A stretch of 64,000 nt of DNA, taken from Eubacterium sp. (GTDB lineage Bacteria > Bacillota > Clostridia > Peptostreptococcales > Anaerovoracaceae). Positions within the stretch are counted from its first letter, which is position 1, and each line of letters begins with the position of its first letter. Position numbers and translations under genes: made by a program. Location of the stretch: assembly GCA_051893535.1 (NCBI GenBank), contig JBJFHK010000281.1:18219-82218 (forward strand), read 5' to 3'. The notes below the pieces were generated by a model. The model searched no databases, was not told the DNA's origin, and worked only from the letters and a program-made list of their open reading frames with translations. Positions 10,107-20,675 of this stretch are shown piece after piece.

Positions 10107-11909
10107 TTACCTGCCCTTCTCTTCATTATCTTTATCACCGTCCAGAATATTTCTGACCATCGTCAGCACTTCTTCCGGACTCATTTCTACCTGTGCGCCG
10201 GCTGTCGTTAAATGTCCGCCGCCGCCGAGTTTTTCCATAATAAGCTGAACATTGATATCGCCCAGCGATCTGGCACTGACCACTGTCTGTCCGGTTTCAT
10301 CCCGGCCCGCCACAAAGCTTGCCTTTACACCGCGGACATTCAGAAGTTCATCCGCAACCTGCGAATTGATGATCTGTGCTTCCTGATTATAGCCCGGACA
10401 TATAGATGTTGCAATGCCATCCTCTCCGATGTGCGCAGAAGAAAGTCCTCTTGATCTCGTCTTAAAGTCATCCAGATCCGTCTGGAACAGGCGCTTTACT
10501 TCTGTCGTATCCGCACCGGCCCTCCTGAGCCATGCCGCAGCTTCAAAGGTTCTGACTCCCGTTTTCACGGCGAAGCGGTTCGTATCTACGGTCATGCCTG
10601 CCAGCAGCGCTTCCGCTTCCAGCTTGTCGAGGTCCCGTTTATTTCCTGTGTATTCCAGGATTTCCGTAACCAGCTCCGCTGTAGATGACGCATAGGATTC
10701 AATATAGGATAAGACCGGATTCGCAATTGCGTCAACCGCTCTTCTGTGATGATCAATAACCACGATACGTTCCGTGCATTCCAGCAGATCCCTGCACTCG
10801 ACAAAACTCGGCCGGTGTGTATCCAGGACAATCAGGAGCGTATTTTCGTCGATCAGTTCTTTCGCACGGTCATGCGACAGGAATGTATACGTTCCTTTTT
10901 CTTTCGCCTGCTTGAAAATGGTCTGCAGTGAATCATTGACTTCTTCAATTACAATAGAAGAATTCTTTCCATTCATCATGCAGACGCGGAACATACCGAG
11001 CGCGGCTCCGAAGGCATCCATATCCGGGTTCCGGTGGCCCATGATCATGACACGGTCCGCCTGATCGATCAGACGGCTCAGTGCATGAGCAACCACTCTG
11101 GACTTTCCTTTATTTCCTTTCTCGACCGTCTGCAGCTTTCCGCCGTAGTACTCGATTTTATTTACTCTGCGCACGACAGCCTGATCACCGCCGCGGCCGA
11201 GAGCGAGATCCAGAGCTCCATCTGCATAGTCTCTCGTATCGGTGATGCTTTCTCCGCCGATTCCGACGCCGATACTCAGACTCATCGGGAAGTCTGCCTG
11301 TGTTTCAATATTTCTGACTTCATCCAGAACGGAAAACTTATTCCGGACCATCTCATCCACATGACAGTATTCAAAATAAATAATGTACTCACTGCGGCTC
11401 ATGTTGACAATGGAACCGCCGATTTTCCCCGCCCATTTCCGGATGATCTTGTCTGCCTCGGAGGAAATCGTCATCCGCATATCAGGAGAGGTATTGGCCT
11501 TCATCTCATCGTAGTTGTCGATGTTCACTCTTGCCACGCAGACACGTTCATTATTGTATTCCTGCTTCAGCTGCTCATATGCGGTGATGTCATTGAAGAA
11601 CACGACGATAACGCCGGAATTCTCATCTTCTTCCTCATCATCGGATCCGCTGTCCGCCCTGCTTGTTACCAGGCGGAAAATTTTATTATTCCGTTCGATC
11701 TTTTTAAATACACGGCTTTCTGCAGATGCTTCCAGTTCTTCCATCTTAATTCCGGTAAGCGCAAAAAAATCGTAATCCTTGATTTCGTCGTATACGAACA
11801 CCTCATCCATGTAGGAATTGGAATCAATGATTTTTCCATTCTCGTTTACAATGCACATCGGCAGCGGAACTTTTTCCGTCAGTATTTCTTTGTAATTCAG
11901 TTCTGCCAT
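10107..11909 (-). CDS. gdpP: GdpP-type c-di-AMP phosphodiesterase (PAS, degenerate GGDEF, DHH/DHHA1); no N-terminal TM helices
   Basis: LALGRGGDQAVV, MGHRNPDMDAFG, IDHHRR, GGGGH; upstream of rplI-dnaB. Confidence 0.92.
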   Translation of the reverse strand: MAELNYKEILTEKVPLPMCIVNENGKIIDSNSYMDEVFVYDEIKDYDFFALTGIKMEELEASAESRVFKKIERNNKIFRLVTSRADSGSDDEEEDENSGVIVVFFNDITAYEQLKQEYNNERVCVARVNIDNYDEMKANTSPDMRMTISSEADKIIRKWAGKIGGSIVNMSRSEYIIYFEYCHVDEMVRNKFSVLDEVRNIETQADFPMSLSIGVGIGGESITDTRDYADGALDLALGRGGDQAVVRRVNKIEYYGGKLQTVEKGNKGKSRVVAHALSRLIDQADRVMIMGHRNPDMDAFGAALGMFRVCMMNGKNSSIVIEEVNDSLQTIFKQAKEKGTYTFLSHDRAKELIDENTLLIVLDTHRPSFVECRDLLECTERIVVIDHHRRAVDAIANPVLSYIESYASSTAELVTEILEYTGNKRDLDKLEAEALLAGMTVDTNRFAVKTGVRTFEAAAWLRRAGADTTEVKRLFQTDLDDFKTRSRGLSSAHIGEDGIATSICPGYNQEAQIINSQVADELLNVRGVKASFVAGRDETGQTVVSARSLGDINVQLIMEKLGGGGHLTTAGAQVEMSPEEVLTMVRNILDGDKDNEEKGR

Positions 11910-11975
11910 ACTTTCCTCTAACTTTCAGCTTCAGTATATGACAAATGCCCCGGAAAACAGGGGGCATATACTCAG

Positions 11976-11991
11976 CGTTTCACATGAAACA
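11976..11991. promoter_or_regulatory. parS site
   Basis: CGTTTCACATGAAACA, near-match to the TGTTTCACGTGAAACA consensus, just downstream of parB. Confidence 0.85.
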
Positions 11992-11997
11992 TTCTCT

Positions 11998-12903
11998 CTA
12001 TCGCTCTGAAAGCAGCATGTCCAGCAGACGGTTCAGTTCATCGCTGCTGTAATACTCCAGTTTTATTACACCTTTTTTCCCTCTCTGGTCGATGGAAACT
12101 TTTGTGCCGAACTGATTCTTCAGTCTGTCTTCCATGGCGAGGGTATCCGCGCTTTTCACACGTTTCTTCGGATCTTTTTTCTTGTTTTTCTTTGCCGCGA
12201 GTTTCTCTATATCCCGAACCGAAAGTCCCTCATCCAGGATTCTGCGGCAGAGTTCCATCTGAAGGGATTTGCTTTTAATATTAATCAGCGCTCTCGCATG
12301 TCCCATGGAAATCTTTCCGGATGCCACCAGCTCCTGAATTTCTTCAGGCAGTTTCAGAAGACGCAGCGCATTGCTGATGTATGGCCGGCTTTTGCTGATG
12401 CTTCTGGAAACCTCTTCCTGGGTCATCCCATAGGTCTCCATCATCTGCTGCAGTCCGTGTGCTTCTTCAATCGGATTCAGGTCCTCACGCTGCAGGTTCT
12501 CGATAATGGCCACCAGCATGTTTTCTTCATCGGTGAACTCTCTGATCAGGCAGGGAACTTTCTGAAGTCCTGCCCTTCTTGCGGCCCTCCATCTTCTTTC
12601 ACCGGCTACGATTTCGTAGGTGTTCTCTTCAGCAGGCCGGACGACCAGCGGCTGAATGATTCCATGCTCCAGAATGGACTGTGCCAGTTCTTCAATTTTA
12701 TCTTCGTGAAAATACTTTCTCGGCTGATGACGGTTTGGCTTGATGTTTCCTATTTCTATATAGACAACGGTGTTTTCCGGATTTTTGCTTTCTTTATGAA
12801 TATCTTCTACCGTGTGTTCCGTTTCATCTACAATTGATGCCTGTTCCGCAAACAGTGCGCCGAGCCCTTTGCCGAGTCCTCTGTTCTTTGGCTTCGAGGC
12901 CAT
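11998..12903 (-). CDS. parB: ParB/Spo0J chromosome partitioning protein
   Basis: RGLGKGLGAL, QPRK, GERRWRA, ENLQREDLNPIEEA, HTH. Confidence 0.97.
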   Translation of the reverse strand: MASKPKNRGLGKGLGALFAEQASIVDETEHTVEDIHKESKNPENTVVYIEIGNIKPNRHQPRKYFHEDKIEELAQSILEHGIIQPLVVRPAEENTYEIVAGERRWRAARRAGLQKVPCLIREFTDEENMLVAIIENLQREDLNPIEEAHGLQQMMETYGMTQEEVSRSISKSRPYISNALRLLKLPEEIQELVASGKISMGHARALINIKSKSLQMELCRRILDEGLSVRDIEKLAAKKNKKKDPKKRVKSADTLAMEDRLKNQFGTKVSIDQRGKKGVIKLEYYSSDELNRLLDMLLSER

Positions 12904-13673
12904 TACTTACCCTCCCGTTCCAGAAATTCTTCTGCAAATTCTCTGTATGCAATCGCTCCCTTGGATTTCGGATCATATTCTGTAATCGCCATACCGAAAC
13001 CCGGTGCCTCTGCCAGACGGATATTCCTTGGAATAACCGTAGAGTACACTTTGGCGCCGAAATACTTCTTTACTTCCTGTACGACCTGAATGGACAGGTT
13101 CGTCCTTCCGTCGAACATACTGAGAACTACACCTTCAATTTCCAGATTCGGATTCAGGTTGTTTTTTACCAATTCAATTGTGCTTACCAGCTGACTGACG
13201 CCTTCCAGCGCATAGAACTCACACTGAATCGGGATCAGCACGCTCTGTACCGCACTCAGAGAATTAATCGTCAGCAGGCCGAGCGACGGCGGACAGTCCA
13301 CGAAAATGTAATCATATTCATCACTGATTTTCCCGATTGCGTTACGCAGTCTCTTTTCACGTCCGTCCATGGCAACCAGTTCTACTTCCGCTCCGGCCAG
13401 ATCCACATTCGCCGGAATGAGGTCCAGTCCCTCTACTCCTGTATGCAGAATTGCTCTGTGGGGATCGTAGTCCTTATCGATCAGGAGATCGTAGACCGTA
13501 TCCGTAAGATCCTTTTTTGACACCCCTACTCCGCTGGTCGTATTTCCCTGAGGATCGATATCCAGCATGAGCACTTTCTTTCCGAACTGTGCCAGACTGG
13601 CGCCTAGATTGATGTTGGTTGTTGTTTTTCCAACTCCGCCTTTCTGGTTAAAAATTGCTATCGCTTTACCCAA
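12903..13673 (-). CDS. soj: ParA/Soj ATPase
   Basis: NQKGGVGKTT, DIDPQGN, DCPPSLG; TTG start at 13673 after GGAGG. Confidence 0.96.
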   Translation of the reverse strand: MGKAIAIFNQKGGVGKTTTNINLGASLAQFGKKVLMLDIDPQGNTTSGVGVSKKDLTDTVYDLLIDKDYDPHRAILHTGVEGLDLIPANVDLAGAEVELVAMDGREKRLRNAIGKISDEYDYIFVDCPPSLGLLTINSLSAVQSVLIPIQCEFYALEGVSQLVSTIELVKNNLNPNLEIEGVVLSMFDGRTNLSIQVVQEVKKYFGAKVYSTVIPRNIRLAEAPGFGMAITEYDPKSKGAIAYREFAEEFLEREGK

Positions 13674-13764
13674 ATTACTGCCTCCTGACACTTTTACTTT
13701 AATCACCTAACATTATATATGATTCATGTATTGAATGCCAGTTTCTTTTCTGATATACCATAAT

Positions 13765-13780
13765 TGTTTCACGTGAAACG
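13765..13780. promoter_or_regulatory. parS site
   Basis: TGTTTCACGTGAAACG, 15/16 match to consensus, between rsmG and soj. Confidence 0.9.
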
Positions 13781-13782
13781 GA

Positions 13783-14490
13783 TCAGCGGATTGGCGTTTT
13801 TCCAGGGGTTCCAGCCTTTCTCGGATACTTTTTCGGCGTATGTTTCACCTTTTTCACAACAACAAACTGATGCTGCATTCCTTCCATTCCCGCAGGCTGC
13901 ACGCGGTCGATTTCTCCTCCCAGAACCTGAACAGCTTTTTCCCCGTCATGAAGCTCCTGATCCAGATCAGATCCTTTATAGGAAATGAAGAATCCTCCTT
14001 CTTTTACAAAGGGAAGACAGTACTCTGCAAGTACCGACATTCTGGAAACGGCGCGGGATATGCAGAGGTCGTACTGTTCCCGGTGAACAGGATCCTTTCC
14101 CAGATCCTCCGCGCGGGCATGTACCGCTTCGACATTCGTAATCCCCGCCCGGGATAAGAGGTCCTGAATAACCCGGATTCTTTTCTGCAGGGAATCCTCA
14201 ACGGTGAACGTTTTCTCAGGAAACAGCACTGCCAGAGGAACTCCCGGAAAGCCCCCGCCAGTTCCGACGTCAATGACCGTCTCCGCCTTCTGAAATTCGG
14301 AAAGAGAAGAAATCGAAGCAGAGTCCAGGTAATGCTTGGTGATGAACTCCTCCGGATCAGTAATGGATGTCAGATTGACATGCTGGTTGTATTCCAGTAT
14401 GCCGTCCATATAAATGGAGAGTTTTTCCGCAGCATCTTCACGGATAGTGTATCCCGCTTCCGTAAACATCTTCTGTATCAGTTCTTTCAT
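13783..14490 (-). CDS. rsmG: 16S rRNA m7G527 methyltransferase (GidB)
   Basis: NLTSIT, KHYLDS, DVGTGGGFPG, SRAV, TPKKYPRKAG. Confidence 0.97.
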   Translation of the reverse strand: MKELIQKMFTEAGYTIREDAAEKLSIYMDGILEYNQHVNLTSITDPEEFITKHYLDSASISSLSEFQKAETVIDVGTGGGFPGVPLAVLFPEKTFTVEDSLQKRIRVIQDLLSRAGITNVEAVHARAEDLGKDPVHREQYDLCISRAVSRMSVLAEYCLPFVKEGGFFISYKGSDLDQELHDGEKAVQVLGGEIDRVQPAGMEGMQHQFVVVKKVKHTPKKYPRKAGTPGKTPIR

Positions 14491-16367
14491 TATTTCATTC
14501 TCCTTTTCTTTTCCAGCCAGATCAGCAGCACGTTGATATCCGCCGGTGATACACCGGAAATTCTGGACGCCTGCCCTACCGACACCGGACGCAGCCGGCT
14601 GAGCTTCTGCCGGGCTTCGATTCTCAGATTGTCGATCTTCTCATAATCCAAATCCTCAGGCAGTTTCCGGGACTCCAGTTTTTTGAACTTCTGGATCTTC
14701 CGCTCCTGCATGCGGATATATCCTTCATACTTAATATTGACTTCGATCACATCGATGACATGCTGCGTCAGCTGCGGGCGGTCCGGATCAATCGCCGCCA
14801 TTTCTTTATAGTGCACTTCCGGCCTCTTCAGAAGATCATACAGAGATACCCGGTTGTTCAGCGGAGAACTGCCGATCGAAAGCAGAAACTCATCTGCATC
14901 CTGCGGCCCGACCGTAGTTTCCTTCAGCCGCTCCATTTCTTTCCCTGCCATTTCCTTTGACCTGAGGAACTTCTGATAGCGCTCCTCAGACACCAGTCCG
15001 ATGGCATATCCCTTCTCAGTCAGACGCTCATCTGCGTTATCCTGCCTCAGAACCAGCCTGTATTCCGCTCTGCTGGTCATAATTCTGTAAGGTTCATTAG
15101 TACCTTTGGTCACGAGATCGTCGATCAGAACGCCAATATAAGCCTCGCTTCTGTCCAGAATGAAGGGATCTTTTCCAGAAACTTCCAGAGCTGCGTTGAT
15201 TCCGGCCATCAGACCCTGTGCCGCAGCCTCTTCATATCCGGAACTTCCATTAAACTGTCCCGCGCAGAACATGCCTCTGATCTTCCGGTACTCCAGATTC
15301 AGCTTCAGTTCCAGCGGATCGATGCAGTCATACTCAATCGCGTAAGCCGGGCGGGTAATCGTAATATCCTCCAGCCCTTCAATCGTATGATAGAATTTCT
15401 CCTGCACGTCTTCCGGAAGACTGGTGGACATTCCCTGAATGTACATCTCATGGGTCTGCCTTCCTTCCGGCTCGACGAACAGCTGGTGCCGTTTTCTGTC
15501 CGGGAAGCGGTTGATCTTATCCTCGATCGACGGGCAGTAGCGCGGGCCCACACCCTCGATCTCCCCTCCGAACAGAGCCGATCTGCTGAAATTGTCCCGG
15601 ATAATTTTATGCGTCCGTTCATTCGTATAGGTCAGCCAGCACGGAACCTGATCCACATCCAGAGAATCATTCATGAAAGAGAAGGGAACGATTTCCTCAT
15701 CGCCGTCCTGCCTCTTCATTTCATCATAACGGAAGGTGTCTGCCAGCGCTCTTGCCGGAGTCCCCGTCTTGAACCGGCGCAGCGGCAGCCCCAGCCGTTT
15801 CAGATTCTCGGACAAATCGCAGGAAGGCGCAAGACCGTTCGGTCCGCTTGGAAAATTGCTGGACCCTATAAAAATTCTTCCTTTCAGGAAAGTTCCTGTC
15901 GCAATTACGACAGCCTTACATTTATAATAGGCGTTGGTTCTGGTGATTATTCCCTGAACCTGCCCGTCTTTCACATCGATATCGACTGCTTCCTGCTGTT
16001 TCATATCGAGGTTTTCCTGCTCTTCCAGAGTCTTTTTCATCTCCATATGATACTGGTGCTTGTCCGCCTGCGCGCGGAGAGAATGCACGGCAGGTCCTTT
16101 GGACGTGTTCAGCATCCGGCTCTGCATGCAGGTCTTATCGATGTTGATTCCCATTTCGCCGCCCAGCGCGTCGATCTCTCTGACCAGGTGGCCTTTGCCC
16201 GTACCTCCTACGGACGGATTGCAGGGCATCATCGCTACTGCCTCCAGGTTCATCGATAAAATCAGTGTGCGATGCCCCATCCTGGCGGATGCCAGTGCTG
16301 CTTCACAGCCCGCGTGTCCGGCGCCGATGACGATCACATCGTATTCTCCCATATTATATGTGTCCAT
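14490..16367 (-). CDS. mnmG: tRNA uridine-5-carboxymethylaminomethyl modification enzyme (GidA)
   Basis: [39 protein letters not shown]. Confidence 0.98.
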   Translation of the reverse strand: MDTYNMGEYDVIVIGAGHAGCEAALASARMGHRTLILSMNLEAVAMMPCNPSVGGTGKGHLVREIDALGGEMGINIDKTCMQSRMLNTSKGPAVHSLRAQADKHQYHMEMKKTLEEQENLDMKQQEAVDIDVKDGQVQGIITRTNAYYKCKAVVIATGTFLKGRIFIGSSNFPSGPNGLAPSCDLSENLKRLGLPLRRFKTGTPARALADTFRYDEMKRQDGDEEIVPFSFMNDSLDVDQVPCWLTYTNERTHKIIRDNFSRSALFGGEIEGVGPRYCPSIEDKINRFPDRKRHQLFVEPEGRQTHEMYIQGMSTSLPEDVQEKFYHTIEGLEDITITRPAYAIEYDCIDPLELKLNLEYRKIRGMFCAGQFNGSSGYEEAAAQGLMAGINAALEVSGKDPFILDRSEAYIGVLIDDLVTKGTNEPYRIMTSRAEYRLVLRQDNADERLTEKGYAIGLVSEERYQKFLRSKEMAGKEMERLKETTVGPQDADEFLLSIGSSPLNNRVSLYDLLKRPEVHYKEMAAIDPDRPQLTQHVIDVIEVNIKYEGYIRMQERKIQKFKKLESRKLPEDLDYEKIDNLRIEARQKLSRLRPVSVGQASRISGVSPADINVLLIWLEKKRRMK

Positions 16368-16384
16368 TTTCCTGCCTTTCTGCT

Positions 16385-17758
16385 CTATTTCCCCAGACAG
16401 AATCTGGAGAATACTTCAGAGATCACATCGTCACCAACTGCATCACCGATGATTTCTCCGAGATTTTCATATGCCGCTTCCAGATCGAGATCGATGATCT
16501 CCAGCGGTTCTTTCCGGTCTGCAAGGCGCACTGCGTCGTTCAGATGACTGCAGGCCTCTTCCAGCAGCTGCTTATGCCGCGCGTTTGTGACAATGACCTG
16601 CTGATCTGCTGTCACAGTTCCCTGGTAAACCCGCTGCTCGATCGCATCCTCAATTGCATCCAGTCCGTTTCCTTCTTTCATCGATGCGGAAATAATCTGC
16701 ACGCCGGGAAGAAGTCTCTGCACATCTTCTGCTGTTACAGACTGAGGAAGATCCGTCTTATTCAGCACAGCGATGGTCTTGTCTGCCTCTGCATGCTGCA
16801 GGATTTCTTTATCTTCTTCTGAAAGCGGATTTCCCGCATCCAGAACCAGAAGCACCAGATCTGCCTCTGACCAGGAATCCCTTGATTTTTCAATTCCAAT
16901 GGCTTCGATCTGATCGTCAGTTTCCCGGATTCCCGCCGTATCGATCAGGCTGATCGGAATGCCCCGGAGCCGCATATCTTCCCGGATGGTATCTCTGGTT
17001 GTTCCCGGAATATCGGTGACAATCGCCCGGGATTCTCTCAGCATCTGATTCATCAGAGAGGATTTCCCGACATTCGGCTTTCCGACAATGGCGATTTTCA
17101 GTCCGCTGCTGAGGATTCTTCCGGTTTCCGCGGTCTTCAGAAGTTCTGAAATTTTCCCGATTACCGGTTTCAGGTCTTCTTTCATTTTCTGATAGGTCAT
17201 GATCTCGATATCCTCATCCGGATATTCGATATTGACGGTAACCTGAACGCGGATGTCCATCAGCATGGACCTGATTTCCCTTATTTTTCCCGACAGGGAC
17301 CCGGAGAGCTGCCCAACGGCAGAGTCGTAGGTTTTATCTGCGCGGGCTGAGATCATATCCATCACGGCTTCTGCCTGAGACAGATCCAGACGCCCGTTCA
17401 GAAAGGCGCGCTCGGTGAATTCTCCTCGTTCGGCCGGACGGGCTCCGCAGCGGTACACCAGCTGCAGGATTTTCCGAAGCGGTACAATTCCGCCGTGGCA
17501 GTCAATCTCCACCACATCTTCTGCAGTGTAGGTCCTCGGCGCTTTCATGTAGACACTCAGTACTTCATCGACTACCTTTCCGTCTTCCGGATCGATGATA
17601 TGACCGTAAACCAGAAGATGATCTTTCATATTCAGTTTTCCCGAAGGTGTGTGGAAGATCTGTTTTAAAATAGAAAGCGAATCTTCACCGCTGATTCTGA
17701 TAATTCCAATGCCGCCCTCTCCCGGCGGAGTGGAAATTGCTGCGATCGTATCATCCAT
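16385..17758 (-). CDS. mnmE: tRNA modification GTPase (TrmE)
   Basis: [32 protein letters not shown]-terminal FCLGK. Confidence 0.98.
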   Translation of the reverse strand: MDDTIAAISTPPGEGGIGIIRISGEDSLSILKQIFHTPSGKLNMKDHLLVYGHIIDPEDGKVVDEVLSVYMKAPRTYTAEDVVEIDCHGGIVPLRKILQLVYRCGARPAERGEFTERAFLNGRLDLSQAEAVMDMISARADKTYDSAVGQLSGSLSGKIREIRSMLMDIRVQVTVNIEYPDEDIEIMTYQKMKEDLKPVIGKISELLKTAETGRILSSGLKIAIVGKPNVGKSSLMNQMLRESRAIVTDIPGTTRDTIREDMRLRGIPISLIDTAGIRETDDQIEAIGIEKSRDSWSEADLVLLVLDAGNPLSEEDKEILQHAEADKTIAVLNKTDLPQSVTAEDVQRLLPGVQIISASMKEGNGLDAIEDAIEQRVYQGTVTADQQVIVTNARHKQLLEEACSHLNDAVRLADRKEPLEIIDLDLEAAYENLGEIIGDAVGDDVISEVFSRFCLGK

Positions 17759-17820
17759 ATCATTATCCCCTTGCTTATTAATATTTTGTCCTCGAAATAT
17801 ATACCTTTAAATCATAGCAT

Positions 17821-17852
17821 AAAAAAGGACTGCCTGCTGAGGCAGTCCCTGT
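17821..17852 (-). terminator. Intrinsic terminator after jag
   Basis: GGACTGCCT..AGGCAGTCC stem followed by a U-tract on the minus strand. Confidence 0.75.
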
Positions 17853-17863
17853 TATTCACGATT

Positions 17864-18802
17864 TTATTTCAATTCGATGACGACACGTCTGAACGGATCC
17901 TGTCCTTCACTTCTGGTTGTGACTTTAGGATCATGCTGCAGGGTCGCGTGAATGACCTTGCGCTCATACGGATTCATCGGCTCCAGACGGATGCTCCGTC
18001 CGGTGTGAACGGCCTTTCTCGCAAGGCGCTCTGCCAGCTGCTCCAGTGTCTTCTCACGTCTGGAGCGGTAATGCTCCGCGTCGATGACCACCTTTACATA
18101 ATCCTTATGTTCCTTATTCACAACGAGACTGGTCAGATACTGAATCGCGTCCAGTGTCTGTCCGCGCTTTCCGATAATCGTCCGGGAATCATCTCCGGAA
18201 ATATCGATATGGACATGCGTTTCATCTGCTCTGGCGGTCATCTTCAGGTCCAGTCCCATCTTGGATGTGACATCCTTCAAAAAATCGAGAGCAGGATGCT
18301 CTTCCACAATCGGAAGGTCTTTCACATCATCCTGCAGGTTCAGCTCAGGCAGCTCCTCATGTGCAGGAGCGGCCGGCTTTCTGCGGCGGGCATCCGGTCT
18401 TCTCTTCTGGGAAGAATCGCGGTGCTCTTTATGATGTTCTTTCGCGTGTCCGGAAGCTTTCGGCTGATGTGTTTTTCCGCCTCCGGCTTCAGTCTCCACG
18501 TGTTTATTTTCCGGCTCCGCTGAAGAAGCTTCTGCTTCTGCCTGCGGCTCCGCTTTCTGCGGCTGCTCACGGACGGCCTCGCTTTCAGCCGGATGGCTTT
18601 CCGGCTCTTCCTCCTCCTGAGGCGCCGGTGCGGTTTTCTTTGTCACTCTTACCAGAGCGAGCTTGGAACCCAGACCGAAGAATCCTCTTGAAGGCTGTTC
18701 GAGGACCTCTACGTCGACCTGATCAATCGTGCATTTCAGATCAGCGAGAGCAAGAGCGACGGCGGAATCAACGTCATCTCCCCATTTTTCAGTTACGTCC
18801 AT
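17864..18802 (-). CDS. jag: Jag/EloR (KhpB) RNA-binding protein
   Basis: Jag_N (EQPSRGFFGLG), KH (IIGKRGQTLDAIQ), R3H (ERKVIH). Confidence 0.95.
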   Translation of the reverse strand: MDVTEKWGDDVDSAVALALADLKCTIDQVDVEVLEQPSRGFFGLGSKLALVRVTKKTAPAPQEEEEPESHPAESEAVREQPQKAEPQAEAEASSAEPENKHVETEAGGGKTHQPKASGHAKEHHKEHRDSSQKRRPDARRRKPAAPAHEELPELNLQDDVKDLPIVEEHPALDFLKDVTSKMGLDLKMTARADETHVHIDISGDDSRTIIGKRGQTLDAIQYLTSLVVNKEHKDYVKVVIDAEHYRSRREKTLEQLAERLARKAVHTGRSIRLEPMNPYERKVIHATLQHDPKVTTRSEGQDPFRRVVIELK

Positions 18803-19551
18803 TATCTTCTTACTCCTTCACCAGCTCGTACAGGTTTCCGGTCAAGGTGCTTCTTCAGCTTAGCCTCCATCTTCTCACGCTTCATCTGTTTTCTGATCTG
18901 ATTGAAACGGATATTGTAGAAAATCTGTATAAACTGACTGATAAACCAGTATGTCGCCAATCCAGCAGCATAGGTCTTTGCAAGCCAGACGATCATGATC
19001 GGGAATCCGTACTTCATGACCATCATCATGGCTCCACTCTGCTGCTGACCCGGTACACCGCCGTTTTCCGATGACATGTAGAACGCGATGAAAGTCGCAA
19101 TTCCGGATAAAATCGGAAGGATCCACGGATCCGGCTGTGATAAATCGTTGATCCAGAGGAACGATTCATGAATAGCGAAATACATCTGTTCACTCTTCAT
19201 GTAGTTCATCGGAAGACGAAGGAGTGTGAAAAGCCCCATGATAATGACCATCTGAATGATCATCGGAAGGCATCCTGCCATCGGGCTCGCGCCTTCCTCT
19301 TTATAGAGCTTGGACATCTCCTCGTTCATCTTTACCGTATCTCCGGCATAACGATTCTGGATTTCCTTCATTTTCGGCTGCAGATCCGCCATACCTGCGG
19401 TAGACAGAATCTGCTTCTTATACGCCGGATACAGACAAAGCTTTACGATCAAGGTGAGAACCACCAGTGTAATGCCGTAATTTCCGATCACACGGTATAA
19501 GGCCGTAAGGATCCAGCCGAGAGGAGTGGCAAACAATCCAAAAAAACTCAT
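18802..19551 (-). CDS. yidC: Membrane protein insertase YidC/Oxa1
   Basis: LQPKMKEIQ, GCLPMIIQM, FLWINDLSQPDP; canonical position. Confidence 0.93.
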   Translation of the reverse strand: MSFFGLFATPLGWILTALYRVIGNYGITLVVLTLIVKLCLYPAYKKQILSTAGMADLQPKMKEIQNRYAGDTVKMNEEMSKLYKEEGASPMAGCLPMIIQMVIIMGLFTLLRLPMNYMKSEQMYFAIHESFLWINDLSQPDPWILPILSGIATFIAFYMSSENGGVPGQQQSGAMMMVMKYGFPIMIVWLAKTYAAGLATYWFISQFIQIFYNIRFNQIRKQMKREKMEAKLKKHLDRKPVRAGEGVRR

Positions 19552-19569
19552 TGATTAACTTCCTCCACC

Positions 19570-19824
19570 CTATGGAACAGGGTCAAACCCACCGGGATGG
19601 CCCGGATGACATCTCAGGATTCTGCGAATCCCCAGATAACTTCCTTTAAAAGGGCCGTACTTCTCCACTGCCTGTATAAAATATGTTGAGCATGTAGGAA
19701 TGTATCTGCACGTCGGCGGAAAAAACGGCGAAATGCAGATTTGATAAAACCTGACCATCAGGATCAATGTCCTGGCAAGCACCTTTTTAATGACGGCGGC
19801 TGCGCGTCTGATGCCTTTCATCAT
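19570..19824 (-). CDS. yidD: Membrane protein insertion efficiency factor
   Basis: [27 protein letters not shown]. Confidence 0.95.
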   Translation of the reverse strand: MMKGIRRAAAVIKKVLARTLILMVRFYQICISPFFPPTCRYIPTCSTYFIQAVEKYGPFKGSYLGIRRILRCHPGHPGGFDPVP

Positions 19825-20158
19825 GATTCATTACCCCGGTTCTTCTAAGTGCGGAAACCATAGACGACCGCACTGCCTGACAGCTGGCTTCAGTGATCGA
19901 CTTCCGGGCAACGAAAATCACATCGTACCCGTCCGGAATCTGCATGCCGGAAAGCCGGTATGCCTCACGCATCAGTCTGCGCGCGCGGTTCCGGTGAACA
20001 CTGTTGCCAACTTTTTTGCTTGCTAAAAAAGCGATTCTGTTGTACGGCAGGCGATTCTTCCGGTACAGAACGACGATATGCCGTGACGGAACCGATTTAC
20101 CCTTCCGATAAACAGAATCAAAATCCTTTTGACTGCGAAGCACATTTTTCTTTCGCAT
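19787..20158 (-). CDS. rnpA: Ribonuclease P protein component
   Basis: [15 protein letters not shown] (RNR motif). Confidence 0.96.
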   Translation of the reverse strand: MRKKNVLRSQKDFDSVYRKGKSVPSRHIVVLYRKNRLPYNRIAFLASKKVGNSVHRNRARRLMREAYRLSGMQIPDGYDVIFVARKSITEASCQAVRSSMVSALRRTGVMNHDERHQTRSRRH

Positions 20159-20160
20159 TG

Positions 20161-20295
20161 TTATGCGGACAGGCTCTTTCTGCCCTTTGCTCTTCTGCGC
20201 TTCAGAACGTTTCTGCCGTTCTTTGTAGCCATTCTCTTGCGGAATCCGTGCTCCTTCATTCTCTGCCTTTTCTTAGGCTGATAAGTCTGTTTCAT
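20161..20295 (-). CDS. rpmH: 50S ribosomal protein L34 (absent from ORF track)
   Basis: Manual translation [44 protein letters not shown]; GGAGG RBS. Confidence 0.98.
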   Translation of the reverse strand: MKQTYQPKKRQRMKEHGFRKRMATKNGRNVLKRRRAKGRKSLSA

Positions 20296-20489
20296 AATTT
20301 TACCTCCTAAATGTAATCCATACGCATAATCTAAATTGCAATATATGCGCGCGTTTCTTTATTATACTTTTTTCAATTATGCGTGTCAAACAGAACCTTG
20401 CTGATTTCCGCCCTTTCTGCCGTTTTTTTGCGCGCGTTTTTCTTCCTTTCAAAAATCTTCCCTCCCTTGCGCATTGATTTTTGTCCTAT

Positions 20490-20605
20490 ATATAGTTGTG
20501 GATTACTTATAGACAACTTATGCATATTTTTATCCACATCATGTTGATAAACTTTTTGTAATGCTCATTTATGACAAAAATCAGAAATTCAAGTGTGGAA
20601 AACTT
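20490..20605. promoter_or_regulatory. oriC part 1: DnaA-box cluster upstream of dnaA
   Basis: TGTGGATTA 20497, TTATCCACA 20530 (perfect), TGTTGATAA 20542, TGTGGAAAA 20594 in the AT-rich rpmH-dnaA spacer. Confidence 0.85.
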
Positions 20606-20675
20606 TTTGATAACCGCTTGTAAGACCGCTCTCTATCCTTTAGAATGGAAGTGATTTCATAAGAGAGGTTTGGAA

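Noticed and set aside
18300-18640. Long low-complexity linker in Jag/EloR
   Set aside because: A variable disordered linker is a normal feature of this family.
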